A DNA stretch of 64,000 nucleotides from Diplonema japonicum (taxonomy: Eukaryota; Protista; Euglenozoa: Diplonemea), in the NCBI GenBank assembly GCA_964019335.1, contig OZ025698.1:470343-534342 (forward strand). The letters run 5' to 3'. The notes under the pieces are model-generated. The model ran no database searches. It had not been told where the DNA came from and worked only from the letters and a program-made list of their open reading frames with translations. Of the stretch, positions 49,082 to 59,790 are shown piece after piece. Both the position numbers and the translations under genes were made by a program. Every line of letters starts with the position of its first letter. The first letter of the stretch is position 1.

Positions 49082-51265
49082 CCATTAAAGGACGAAGCGC
49101 TAGATATCTAGCGATCAAAAAATTAAAATTTTTGTATAGGCATTTTAAGTACCATAGACCCTTACCCTTGCACAGAATGACCTAGTTCCGCGATTTCTTT
49201 TCAATCGAAAATCACTTTTGGCCCCTAGATTAACCTCCAAAAACACCCTCGAAACCAGTTTTTGGTGGCACGAAAGCTCAGATGAGCAGTACTGATTCAG
49301 ACGAGTTCGGGAGTGCCAAAGGGGACATTCTCACTGACGATGGGACCTCACCTAGCGCCAGTAGTGACGAGAAGAGTGAAAATATGCCCTGGGAGAGCGA
49401 TATTACGCAGGTTACGCGTAAGAAGTGACAGGACACAGGGGGGGGCAGAAATCACCCTTTTCCCACATGAGTGCATCAAGGATTTCCAAACTGTTCATCT
49501 CAATGGGGTTTGTGAAATCTCTTTGCACCGTTTGCAAGTACCACAACCCTGACTTTGACTTCACTGTGGACGATATCTATCAGTTTGTGGCCTTGTGGGT
49601 GCTCATGGACATCATCCGCAAGGCTGGCATAAAAGATTACTGGCCGACCATTTGTGCCCTCGCCACACCTTTTTTTGGCAAGTGTAATGAAACGTTACTG
49701 CTTTTTGCGCTTACAGCGGTCGTTGCATTTTGGAGGGGTGAAGAGACAGACAGGTTGCAAAAAATAAGATTCTTGCTCCCCTACCTGTCTGCAACACTAT
49801 TCCCCCGGAGAATCGATCATTGATGAGAGTATGATCAAGTCACACGGTAGGCATCGCTTCAGAGTATTCCAGCCTGCAAAGAGGACAGGTGAGGCTGTGC
49901 ACCGGACAGGATCTGACACAGGGTCGTGTTCAACTTGTCGATCTACTGTCCGCAGTGCTAATACCATTGTAAAAGCGTGAAAAAGCAATCAAACACAGCA
50001 CTGTGGACCCCGATGTGAGGTATCTCAGCACTTGGCATATTACCTTCCCATTTGGTGAAGGATCGAGGTCATTGTAGGGGGGTGCTGGTGTTTGGGAGCC
50101 CTGACTCGCGTGCAGGATTGGCGTACCACGTGATCACTGCAGAAGCACCAATGCTTATGATGCCAAAAAAGGACAACATGGCAACCAGAATGTCTCGGCG
50201 GCGGAGCTCTACTTCGAGCTTCTTGTCGACAATGAAAGCTCTTACAACGTTCTCCCGTATCTCCTGCGGTGCCTTCAATGGCGTCTTGCTTGACATGAAG
50301 TGAACGTCGTGCTCAGTCTGAAAGCGCACCCCACGTGACTTGTCGATGCCACTATTCGTGTCCACCTGGTGGATGGCTCGGCATCGATAGCGTTCCCCTT
50401 GTACCCCGGCATCGATAACTTCTATACTGGCGTTACTCTTGTACAACAGATGTGGGAATCGGGTTTGTGGTGGAAACAATCCGAGGAAAGTCCAGTCAAT
50501 GGTGGTAACAATCCGAAGAAAACCGACAGAATGTACCTAATCTTGCTCCAGTGAAGAAGCAAGTAGGCCCAGGCAGACCCAAAAACGGGTTCGCGATGAG
50601 CGACAACAGCTTTTCGACTGTTATGCGCCAGTCCGGAAACAACCGCCCAGCAAGCACCCGTTCTGAAATGGGGACCGAGGGGCCCAGGGAAGATGCCAGG
50701 CGCGACTTCACCAAAGGTCACTGGTCCAAAAAACTGGATGCAGCAAGACAATGCACACACCACATGCGTGTTTTGGGGGTCCGGGTGCAAACTATCTTCA
50801 TCTGCAAGGCTTGTAACGTGCATCTGTGCCCAGCTTGCTTTGCGGACTATCACGAACCAGTGGTTTACCCACCCCAATCTACCCCCTCTGGAGGCCCGGC
50901 CACACCGAAGAAACGCCTAAGGTACCAGCGTCTCCAAACACATACCCTTCTCCCCAGGTCGTCATCTGAGCCAAGTCCCAAAAGCAAAACCCCCCCTAGC
51001 ACTCCGAGGCCCAAGCGAAAAAAGTAAGGGAGTGTCTAACCTATGGGTGGGTTTTTACAATAAATTTCACTTCAATTCCTTATTCTATTCACTTCCCAGG
51101 GCCTTTGAGGGGCGTCTGGGGGTGTTTTTTGTCCCTCCTGGGTGATGTATTTTCTTTTACACAAGCGTCGTTCTATGGTTGCATGCTCGAGGATGTTTTA
51201 ATTTTAGAAAATAAAAAAGTCGATGGTGACCTTTTTTTTGCCCAAAAACCCCCGTCCTTTAATGG
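49082..51265 (+). mobile_element. Decayed piggyBac transposon carrying a foreign internal segment
   Basis: TTAA TSDs at 49078-49081 and 51266-51269; perfect 13-bp TIR CCATTAAAGGACG; transposase remnants IKDYW, IDESMIKSHGRH, IDNFYTG, and C-terminal CKACNVHLCPACFADYH. Confidence 0.9.
49950..50410 (-). pseudogene. Captured host-gene fragment, SK/KCNN-type K+ channel S1-S2-like
   Basis: Minus strand reads ELRRRDILVAMLSFFGIISIGASAVITWY and, after a 1-nt shift in a C6 run, VICQVLRYLTSGSTVLCLIAFSRFY. Boundaries are approximate. Confidence 0.5.
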
Positions 51266-52082
51266 TTAATTTTTTTTATATTAGTTATTCGGGCTTTTAA
51301 AAAAAAATTAGACATCTAGTACATAATATGTGTTGTTTGTCAGCCATGATCCTTGGGCTGAATTTTGCGCCGAGTTCAGTCAGCTCCAGGCGATTACTAA
51401 GGTTCATAACTTTTTTTTTTCTTTTTTTTTTTTTTTTTTCTTTTTAGTTTCTGCTAGCAAGCAACAACTCGACTTCTTACATTAAAAAAAAAAAAAAATA
51501 AATAAATAAATAAATAAGAAGGTTCCGAAAGTTACATATTTCTCAGCTAACTTGTGCTCCCATCAGCGGAGTGCTCCTTGTTTCCTTCCCCTTTCTTTAT
51601 ATTTACTTTACATTTGCTTTCTGCATCACTCTTTCTTCCACTAGCTCAACAACACGTAAAATGATCATTCGCTTCTAATGGCATCTCGCTCTTTACAGTT
51701 ACAGCAAAGCTGCCAACTTCGTATTTATAAATAACACAGAAGTGTGTCCTAGTTATGGATGAGTGCTTGACGCGAGGAACTTTGCGGGTTGGAATAAATA
51801 TTCAGATATCAACAACGCTGTACTCTCTGGCCCAAGGTCCCAGTCCCTGTGCGAATATGACGTGTCCGGGGACCTTGCAGTGCAGGACGAGTGGCAGCAG
51901 TGACCTCCCTTGAGTGTGCGGAGCCCCATCCCTGCACATATCTATCTTGCATAATTCGTCGCATCCTGCTTCTTCGTTCTGGTGTGCTTCCTTATGGTTG
52001 AACGCCTGTAGATATTTGCAAAGACGTTGGCGTTTAGTATCCATCTTTCTCTCGCCAATAAAACTAAGGGGGTGGTGGTGGT

Positions 52083-52674
52083 ATGGGCAATGCTCCCTCC
52101 GAACCAACCACAAAAGATGTGCGCACAGTGATTCTGGGTCTGGATGCCAGTGGGAAGACATCACTGTTGTACAAGTTAAAGCTGGGCGAAGTTGTTCATG
52201 CAATACCTCAAGTCGGCTTCAACGTAGAGACAATAGAACACGGTGGGGTGAGCTTTACCATGTGGGACGTTGGCGGGCAGGACAAACTACGACCTTTGTG
52301 GAGACACTATTTCCTCAACACAGACTATATCATATTCGTAGTGGACTCGACAGACGTGGAAAGGGTGTACGAGGCGCGACACGAATTGCACAAGATGTTT
52401 GTTGACGATAATCTTCGGGATGCAGGACTCTTAGTCTTTGCGAACAAGCAAGACCTCCCGGACGCCATGCGCTCCACAGAGATCTCTGACATCCTCGGCC
52501 TCTCTCACTTAGGCAGCCGTGATTGGTTCATACAAGTATGAAGCCCTTAAGAAATGCCATAATATGAAACACCAGCCCTCGAACACGATGACAGGAGACG
52601 GACTCTACGAAGGCCTTGACTGGATCGTTACCATGAACCAACGGCGCACAGGAGGGCAAGGGAACACAACCTGA
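52083..52674 (+). CDS. Divergent ADP-ribosylation factor family GTPase; join(52083..52535,52576..52674)
   Basis: MGN myristoylation start, [29 protein letters not shown]; a 40-nt GT-AG intron restores [11 protein letters not shown]. Confidence 0.9.
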
Positions 52675-52683
52675 CACACTTCT

Positions 52684-52722
<39 letters not shown>

Positions 52723-53182
52723 CCCGGTCTTTTCTCCGTCATAGAAAGCCCAGTGCCGGCATGGGAGGAAGGATGAAATATGGAAAACAAAATTTATTGG
52801 GAAAAAAGCACCCACCGTTTCCTTAAACCTAAAAAAATTTTTTTCCCCACCAAGTGCGGTAACCACAACTTATTTTCTTACTGTAACTACCAAGTTTTTT
52901 CCCGATTAGGGTTTATCATAAAATGTAGTATGAGGTGCAAAAATAATGCATGGAGGCATGGCAAAATTATTATTCACCCCCCTCCATTGCCATCAAACTT
53001 GTTGCTGCTTTTCTTCTTTCGTCGTTATGGTGTCTCTCTGCTTTCTTCTCGGCGGCGGCGTTTCTTCACTCAACACAGGTGGAATGAACAGAAACGTTGG
53101 GTGTCCCACCAGACACAGGCGTCGGTGCTTTTTGTCATCTTATTCCATACATCAACGCGATTTCCGGCAAATAGAATCTGAA

Positions 53183-53576
53183 TATTTTATTTTCACACTC
53201 ACCAATGATTCGCTCAATAGGAGCAATACCTCCCTGGGGGCTTTCCGCCGGAGGTTCCAGCCAAAGAAGGACATCCAGCTGGAAGGTAGGCCCCCGTTTT
53301 TCTCTCACTTGACTGAGGGAATAATGTAATTCAGCCCTCTTCGGCTGTCCCAAAGCAGAGCACGGGTTGGTGGGGGACCAGGGCTCCTCCTGCTTGCAGA
53401 AGCCTGGTCCTTTGCCCTCCCTATTTCCCCATGGTTTCCCTTCACCTTTTTTTCCCCTTTTCTCAGGTGTTGCTCTCCATGGCGGCCCTGCATTGGTATT
53501 TTGAAAAAAAAAAAAAAAAAATACACGAAACGTTTTCTCTCACTTGACTGAGGGAATAATGTAATTCAGCCCTCTT
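53183..53576 (+). mobile_element. Family B 3'-UTR fragment forming the 5' part of the insertion at tRNA-Leu
   Basis: Matches ~27250-27643, including the A tract, the tacacgaaa spacer and the start of the second terminal repeat; lies inside the 14-bp TSD. Confidence 0.9.
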
Positions 53577-53601
53577 TTATAAAAAAAAAAGGTAGGGAAG
53601 G

Positions 53602-53633
<32 letters not shown>

Positions 53634-53636
<3 letters not shown>

Positions 53637-54854
53637 TCAAGTGACAAAATGACGAAGCCGAGCAAGGCGGGCGCCTCCAAGGGGCCCCTACCGGACGGGA
53701 GCGAGCCCGACCAAGACCCGCCGCAGCTAGTGCTGCAAACCACCGAGGTGGTGATCAGAAAGACCCCCCCCGAGACGACCCCCAAGACGAAGCCCACCCG
53801 GAAGCACTACGACGCAGTCGTAGCCCCGCTTGCCCCCAAGCCCACGTGGGCGGCCTTCATTGCGCAGGCTGGACTGGGGAAGTCGATGAGGTTCGACGGT
53901 GTCCTAGGCACCATCGTAACCACAGGGACTCCCCCTCTTCAGTCCTACTCAGTGAGGGACGGAGACACTACCCATAAGGTGGTGTTCGAGGAGCAGAAGG
54001 GATCCTTTAAAAGGAAACTACCGGGTGGGTCTCGTAGAGGGACCAAAATAGACTTCCGCAGGGAGTTCGGGGGGGCGAGCTGGTCGCAGGTGTGGGAGCT
54101 GGCCGACGAGAAGGAGGGGAGGAAGAAGAAGGCGAGAGAGGAGAAGGGGGCCAAAGCCGCAAAAAGGAAGGCCGAGGCCAGGGAAAGAGAGGAGAAGCTG
54201 GAGGCGAGGATCCAGGCGCTGGAGAGCGCCGAGAAGGAAGAGGGAGGCGGGATGGAGGACGACTGGGGCTGGAGGGAAGCCATGGACAGGCGGATTGCCG
54301 AGTTGGAGCAGGCGAGGGAACAGGCCGGGCTGTGGGAGAAGGCGTGCGAGAGGAAGGTGGAAGAGGTGGAGATGAGAAGGGTGCGTACGGACGAGAGGAC
54401 TGAGGAGCTGAACAGGAGGGTGGGCCTGGTGGAGGGCGAGCTTGGTGGCCTGAGGGGGGAGATTTCTTCCTTGAAGGCGTCATCGGAGAGGACGGAGCGG
54501 TCGGTGGAGGAGCTGAAGCAAGGGATGAACAGATTACTCATCCACTTGACTACAGGAGCCCCCCCACCAGGAACCTCCGAGGAGGCAGACGGGTCCCCAG
54601 AACAGAGGGGACACGTGCCGTCCACCGATGGCGCTGACGAGGGGACTGACACCCCAGACTGCCCCAGGCACGCTGCGACACCGGAGAGAAAGGGTACCGT
54701 AGCACCTTTATGCTACGACACCCCCCCACCAGCCGAAAGGCTCGTAGGAGTTGCCACAACAAGGCAGACAACCCTACACACCACCCCCTCGCAGACAACG
54801 CCCCTGCACAAGGTGAACCCTCCCGTAAAAAGGAAGGTTGAAGGCCAGTACTAA
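53634..54854 (+). CDS. Family A ORF1 (basic, long coiled coil)
   Basis: 406-aa ORF after a poly(A) leader, directly upstream of pol; its 3' end is also present in the 14831 copy. Confidence 0.8.
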
Positions 54855-57800
54855 GGGCCGTGCAATCTCATTCAACACCCCTTTCACCCCCTTTCCCACA
54901 CCGTCTCTCACTCCCTGTCCCTACTCCCAAACCCCCAACACTACACCCCATCTAAACGAAGATGAAGTACTACCCAGCCTCTCAAGCCCTGGAAGCTGGG
55001 GTGACCGCAAAGGCAGCACATCATCACCACATCACCATCCCTCATCTTTCCCTCTCTCCACGCACAATTCCTCCCCAAACAAGCACTCACAAACTCCCGT
55101 CACCGGTGACGAAGTATTACCCAGTATCCAAAGGCCTGGACCTAGGGGTGACCACACAGGCAATCTTCACATTCGCAGAAATCCCGCAGCCAGCGGTCCG
55201 CACGGAAAACACTTACTGAGCTGCGGGGACATAGAAGCGAACCCCGGTCCAACCACCGAAAAGACAACAAGAGTTGAACACTCTCTCCCTCCCGTCCCCT
55301 CTACTTCCTCTCTCTCACAGGCACACTCCAACACAACACCACCACCCAACAACATCAACGTACTGTCTCTCAATGTCAGATCCCTAACGGTGAGCACCAC
55401 AGCGCAGCTGCTGAAGGGCATTGAGACACACAACATCGACGTGCTCCTACTCCAAGAGACTTTCCTGAGGCCGTCGAAAGATATAACCGGAGTCTTCACT
55501 GGGTTCAAGGCATACCGCCGAGACCGAACACGACCGGTGAAAAGAGGAAAGCAAATCAGCGGAGGGGGTCTCGTCACACTGGTCAGAGAATCGATACCGT
55601 CGAAACAGATCGAAGTTCTTCAGAAACCCAGCGACGTGACGGAAAGACTCGACGTAGAGATCTCGCTGCCCAACCGGAAGCCGTACAGACTCGTCAACCT
55701 GTACCTGCCTCCGACAACGGGTAGAGACGGCGACGACAGACCACCCCCCGAGAAATATTTCCGCCCGACAGAGCTGCCTCATGACAGTTACACCATCATC
55801 GCCGGTGACATGAACGCCCACCACACGATGTGGGACAAAAGGGGCACTCCGAATAAGCTGGGAGAAATACTGCACAGCTGGATGCTGCGATGGGGCTACA
55901 GCACATGGAACAAGAGCAGCGAAGCCACGATCCTGAACCCGTCAGGAAACCCAACCTCTCCGGACATGGTAATGAGCGGCGCAGAGTTCGACAAATCTTC
56001 TTGGAGGACGTTGCCAGCAATGGGCTCAGACCACGTTCCGATGTTCTTCAGTCTGAGAGGGGGAGTCAGCCAACCGACCAGAAGAGTACTCTACTCTTGG
56101 GGGAAGGAGGCAAGGAGCGCGTACAGGGAGACGATGGAAGAAAAGTGCAGCAGGCTGCTCAGGGCCAGAGACCCGATAAGGCTAAACGCTGAGTTTCGCA
56201 CACTTCTTCTATCGGCAACCGAATCGTGCGTCCCCAGGAAAGGACAGAAGAAAGGGAAGGTTTGGTGGAACGACGAGATTGACGCACTCGCAAGGCGACG
56301 AAGCACACTGAAGGCGAAGCTGTTGTCCGAGGATCACGACGGGAACGACGAAGACCTGGCACGTCTAGCGGCGATGGAGGCTGAGCTGGACAGGGCGATA
56401 ACGAGCGGGAAGCAGGCTGCCTGGGGCGACTACACCAAGAAGTTGTCCAAGGACGGAAACCTGACGCAAGCCTTCTCGGTCATCCGCAGATTCGACGGTC
56501 GCAGCGAGAAGCCACCAATAGCCCCGCTCCGACGAGGAAACGGTATCGCCACCACCGACAGGGAGAAGGCCAGTGTACTCGTCGAACACTACGCGAGGGC
56601 CTGCTCCCCAAGGACGACTGCCAAGTCGGAGGAAGTGATCACCACCATCAAGAAGGACGCGAAGCCCGGGACAGACAACGACTTCCCCCTGGTAACGAAG
56701 GACGAGCTGGACTCGGTGCTGCGAAGGCTGAAGAAGGGCAAGGCTCCGGGCCCAGACGGCATCTACAACGAAATGCTGAAGTACCAGGGACCGGTGGCCA
56801 GGGAAGTTCAACTCCTCCTCTACAACTCATCCCTCCAGACCGGTGTCGTCCCTGCCGAATGGAGGCGGTCTTCCATCATCCCCCTCATGAAAAAGGGCAA
56901 AGACCAATCCGAACCCGCCTCGTACAGGCCGATCGCGCTGACGTCAAACATCGTGAAGACGTTGGAGCGAATAGTCAAGGACAGGATGTGCTTCCTGCAG
57001 GACACAGGACGGGTAAGGCAATTGCACACATCGCAGGCGGGTTTCCGGAAAGGGAGGTCCACGGAGGAAAACGTGCTGTACGCCGCCTCAAAGCTCAAAA
57101 GTGTCAGACTGAGCCAAGGTCTGGGGGGTCTCCTGCTGTTCGACTTCAAAGGAGCCTTCGACACAGTCTGGCACAAGGGAGTGATCGCAAAGCTGATAGG
57201 CGACGGATACCCTCCCAAGCTCGTGAAATGGATCACCTCTTTCCTCGACCAACGTAAAGCCTCCGTCTGTGTGAACGGGGAACACGGCTGCGTGAAGACA
57301 ATGACAGGGGGCGTACCCCAAGGCACCATCCTGGCCCCGCAGCTCTTTTCCATCTACGTCAACGACCTGGCCAGGTTGTACAGGAAGGCTGGAATCGACG
57401 CGGTAGTGTACGCAGACGACATAGCGATAGTGCTGGAGGCGGGGAGTCCTGCCGAGCTGAACAAGAAGGTGCAACGCGCGGTGAGCCTCACGGAGCGATG
57501 GTGCGAGACGTTCTCGATGAAACTGTCCCAGGAAAAGACAGAGTTCATGCCGGTAGAGGGACAGTTCTGGAACTCGCACGACAGTCTCGCAAACCTCATC
57601 AACGCCCGCTTCCCCTCGAGTGGGGCGAAAGTCAAGGTGGTACGCGAGGCTAAATATCTTGGCGTCACCTTCGACGAAAGCATGAACTTCCACGAGCATG
57701 TGCAGAAGGTGAAGGGAAAGATCAACAGCCGTCTTCGCCTGCTGCGCAAACTCGCCGGAACAAGGTGGGGCTGCCGCAAGCACACCCTAAGGACGCTGTA

Positions 57801-59163
57801 CCTGACGTACGTCCAACCGGTTCTGCGCTACTGTCTCGGTGCTTACGGCAACTTCGTGGGACATGCTGCTCTGGCCGAGTTCGACTCGCTACAATACACA
57901 GCAGCGAGGTTGATAACGGGATGCTTCGACAAGACTTCCGCGACGGTGACCAGGTCAGAGGCGGGCATCTGGGAGATTGAATCCTTGCTGGAACACGACA
58001 CCCTGGTGCTCTACGAGAAGGCACAGCGTCAACCGGGGACGACAGCGGAGAAGGCAACAAAGATATCCGGGGGTCAGATGTGGTACGGGAAAAGCTGGCG
58101 AAACACCGCGCTCGACTTGGCGAAGAGTCACGGGATGCCGGAACGCGAAGACCTACCACACCACTCAGTCACTCAGAGCGCAGACCTGCAGCTCCCTCCA
58201 TGGGTCCAACCCAAAGTCCTGTTCCACCCCGACCTAGTCCGCAAGGTACACAAGAAGGACGAAAAAAGTCTCAAACTCCGAGCGGCCTTCGAATCGATCA
58301 GGAGGCACGGCATCCCAGATGTGATCGTCTACACCGACGGGTCAGTCACCGGACACAGGAACGGCGGTTCGGCAGCTGTGATAAGGATCGGGTCTGACAC
58401 ACCGAAGCAGGCTCGCAAGAGCGGAGGAGCAGTGACTTCGGCCTACCGATGCGAACTGAAAGCGCTGAACCTGGGGCTGCAATTGACACTGTACCATACC
58501 CGGAGACAAGGTGTGACGACCGGAGTAGTGCTGCTGTGCTCGGACTCCCAGTCGGTGATCAGAAGACTGATGCAGGGCCACAGAGAGATGAGGCAGAAGG
58601 AGGAACTGCTGGCTTGGAAATGGCTGGACGCGCTTGACCGCCAAGGCCTCTCCACCATCATCCAGTACGTTCCCGGACACTGCGGCCTACCAGGTAACGA
58701 GCAAGCCGACCGACACGCCAAACGCGCCGCAAAGGAGTCGACACCGGACGGACCGACGGACCTGATGACCACAAAGAGCCTCATCAAGAGGTCGGTGAAC
58801 CGCGACTGGGCAGCCTCGTGGGAGAAGACGGGTCGGGACAAGAAGTACCGAGAGGAGATCGGCGCGAGGTACCTCCCCTTGAAGGAACTGTCCTGCAGAC
58901 ACGATGAGGTACAGATAACGAGACTGCGAACGGGCAGGAGCCACCTGACTTGCGGTTTCCTGTCGAAACCCGTCCAGAATGACTTACGTTGCCTCTCGTG
59001 CCATTCGATCCAGGACAGACACCATCTGCTGATCGGGTGCCCAGCTGGAGACAAGGTCCGCGAAGAGATCTTCGGGGATGACATCCCCACGACCACGAAG
59101 GAGATGCTCACAATGAGGGTGAGTGAAACCGCCTCCTACCTGAAGAGGATGGACCTCATCTGA
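54838..59163 (+). CDS. Family A ORF2: leader + 2A peptide, AP endonuclease, RT, RNase H, CCHC finger (true start unknown; no AUG before the APE domain)
   Basis: LLSCGDIEANPGP; LNVRSL, LQET, GDMNAHH, SDH; YRPIALTS, QAGFR, GVPQG, YADD, KYLG; YTDGS, SDS, VPGHCGLPGNEQAD; CLSC..H....C. Confidence 0.93.
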   Translation: MKASTKGRAISFNTPFTPFPTPSLTPCPYSQTPNTTPHLNEDEVLPSLSSPGSWGDRKGSTSSPHHHPSSFPLSTHNSSPNKHSQTPVTGDEVLPSIQRPGPRGDHTGNLHIRRNPAASGPHGKHLLSCGDIEANPGPTTEKTTRVEHSLPPVPSTSSLSQAHSNTTPPPNNINVLSLNVRSLTVSTTAQLLKGIETHNIDVLLLQETFLRPSKDITGVFTGFKAYRRDRTRPVKRGKQISGGGLVTLVRESIPSKQIEVLQKPSDVTERLDVEISLPNRKPYRLVNLYLPPTTGRDGDDRPPPEKYFRPTELPHDSYTIIAGDMNAHHTMWDKRGTPNKLGEILHSWMLRWGYSTWNKSSEATILNPSGNPTSPDMVMSGAEFDKSSWRTLPAMGSDHVPMFFSLRGGVSQPTRRVLYSWGKEARSAYRETMEEKCSRLLRARDPIRLNAEFRTLLLSATESCVPRKGQKKGKVWWNDEIDALARRRSTLKAKLLSEDHDGNDEDLARLAAMEAELDRAITSGKQAAWGDYTKKLSKDGNLTQAFSVIRRFDGRSEKPPIAPLRRGNGIATTDREKASVLVEHYARACSPRTTAKSEEVITTIKKDAKPGTDNDFPLVTKDELDSVLRRLKKGKAPGPDGIYNEMLKYQGPVAREVQLLLYNSSLQTGVVPAEWRRSSIIPLMKKGKDQSEPASYRPIALTSNIVKTLERIVKDRMCFLQDTGRVRQLHTSQAGFRKGRSTEENVLYAASKLKSVRLSQGLGGLLLFDFKGAFDTVWHKGVIAKLIGDGYPPKLVKWITSFLDQRKASVCVNGEHGCVKTMTGGVPQGTILAPQLFSIYVNDLARLYRKAGIDAVVYADDIAIVLEAGSPAELNKKVQRAVSLTERWCETFSMKLSQEKTEFMPVEGQFWNSHDSLANLINARFPSSGAKVKVVREAKYLGVTFDESMNFHEHVQKVKGKINSRLRLLRKLAGTRWGCRKHTLRTLYLTYVQPVLRYCLGAYGNFVGHAALAEFDSLQYTAARLITGCFDKTSATVTRSEAGIWEIESLLEHDTLVLYEKAQRQPGTTAEKATKISGGQMWYGKSWRNTALDLAKSHGMPEREDLPHHSVTQSADLQLPPWVQPKVLFHPDLVRKVHKKDEKSLKLRAAFESIRRHGIPDVIVYTDGSVTGHRNGGSAAVIRIGSDTPKQARKSGGAVTSAYRCELKALNLGLQLTLYHTRRQGVTTGVVLLCSDSQSVIRRLMQGHREMRQKEELLAWKWLDALDRQGLSTIIQYVPGHCGLPGNEQADRHAKRAAKESTPDGPTDLMTTKSLIKRSVNRDWAASWEKTGRDKKYREEIGARYLPLKELSCRHDEVQITRLRTGRSHLTCGFLSKPVQNDLRCLSCHSIQDRHHLLIGCPAGDKVREEIFGDDIPTTTKEMLTMRVSETASYLKRMDLI

Positions 59164-59208
59164 GACTCTCACGACCGCCGAGCCGCTGACCGCAATCGCA
59201 GGACGTAG

Positions 59209-59249
<41 letters not shown>

Positions 59250-59790
59250 AACAGAAAAAAGTGAACCAAAAAGTACTAGTGAACCCTCTCCCCCTCCCCC
59301 TGTGTTTCCCATTATTACCCTGTCGTGCACCCCAACTTCTGTCTTCACCTTTCCCCGCCCCTTCACACATCCCCCCGTATCATTTCCCTTTGTTTTGAAT
59401 TTTCTAAGGCTCCGCCGCCCAACAAAGCTGGCTGAAGGGGATGCCTCCGTGCCAGTGTGCCGCTCGTGAGGGCGAGCACGGACGAGGTACCCCACTCCTC
59501 AAAAACCCGGAGGTTCGCCCGAAGGGTGCTGGCTTGGGAAGCGGGCTGGAGAGCTGCCGGGGTCACGGAGGTGGGCGAAGTCGCGAACACTGGAGCCCAC
59601 GAACCGGCCCCACCTCCGTCCTCGGTACGTATGGATAGTTTAGCGGAAGTTTCAAGGTTATCACATTCCTTTCCCCCTTTCGTTAGATACAGGGAGACCC
59701 TTGGTCCACCTGTTCTGTCCCCCCCCCCAGCCTTTGCTTCGCACGTCAGTGGTTCATTTATTATTATTATTATTAAAAATAGAATCTGAA

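Larger units (their letters stand above)
53577..59776 (+). mobile_element. Non-LTR retrotransposon family A, apparently full-length, abutting tRNA-Leu
   Basis: ORF1 + intact ORF2 + ~600-bp 3' UTR + (TTA)n tail; TSD aaatagaatctgaa at 53169-53182 and 59777-59790. Confidence 0.92.

Noticed and set aside
51802-52080. Minus-strand ORF upstream of Arf as a retroelement nuclease remnant
   Set aside because: No convincing motif set or element boundaries.
59600-59650. HDV-like ribozyme in the A 3' UTR (cgtcctcggtacg)
   Set aside because: An L3-like word is present but I could not build P1, P2 and P4 around it.
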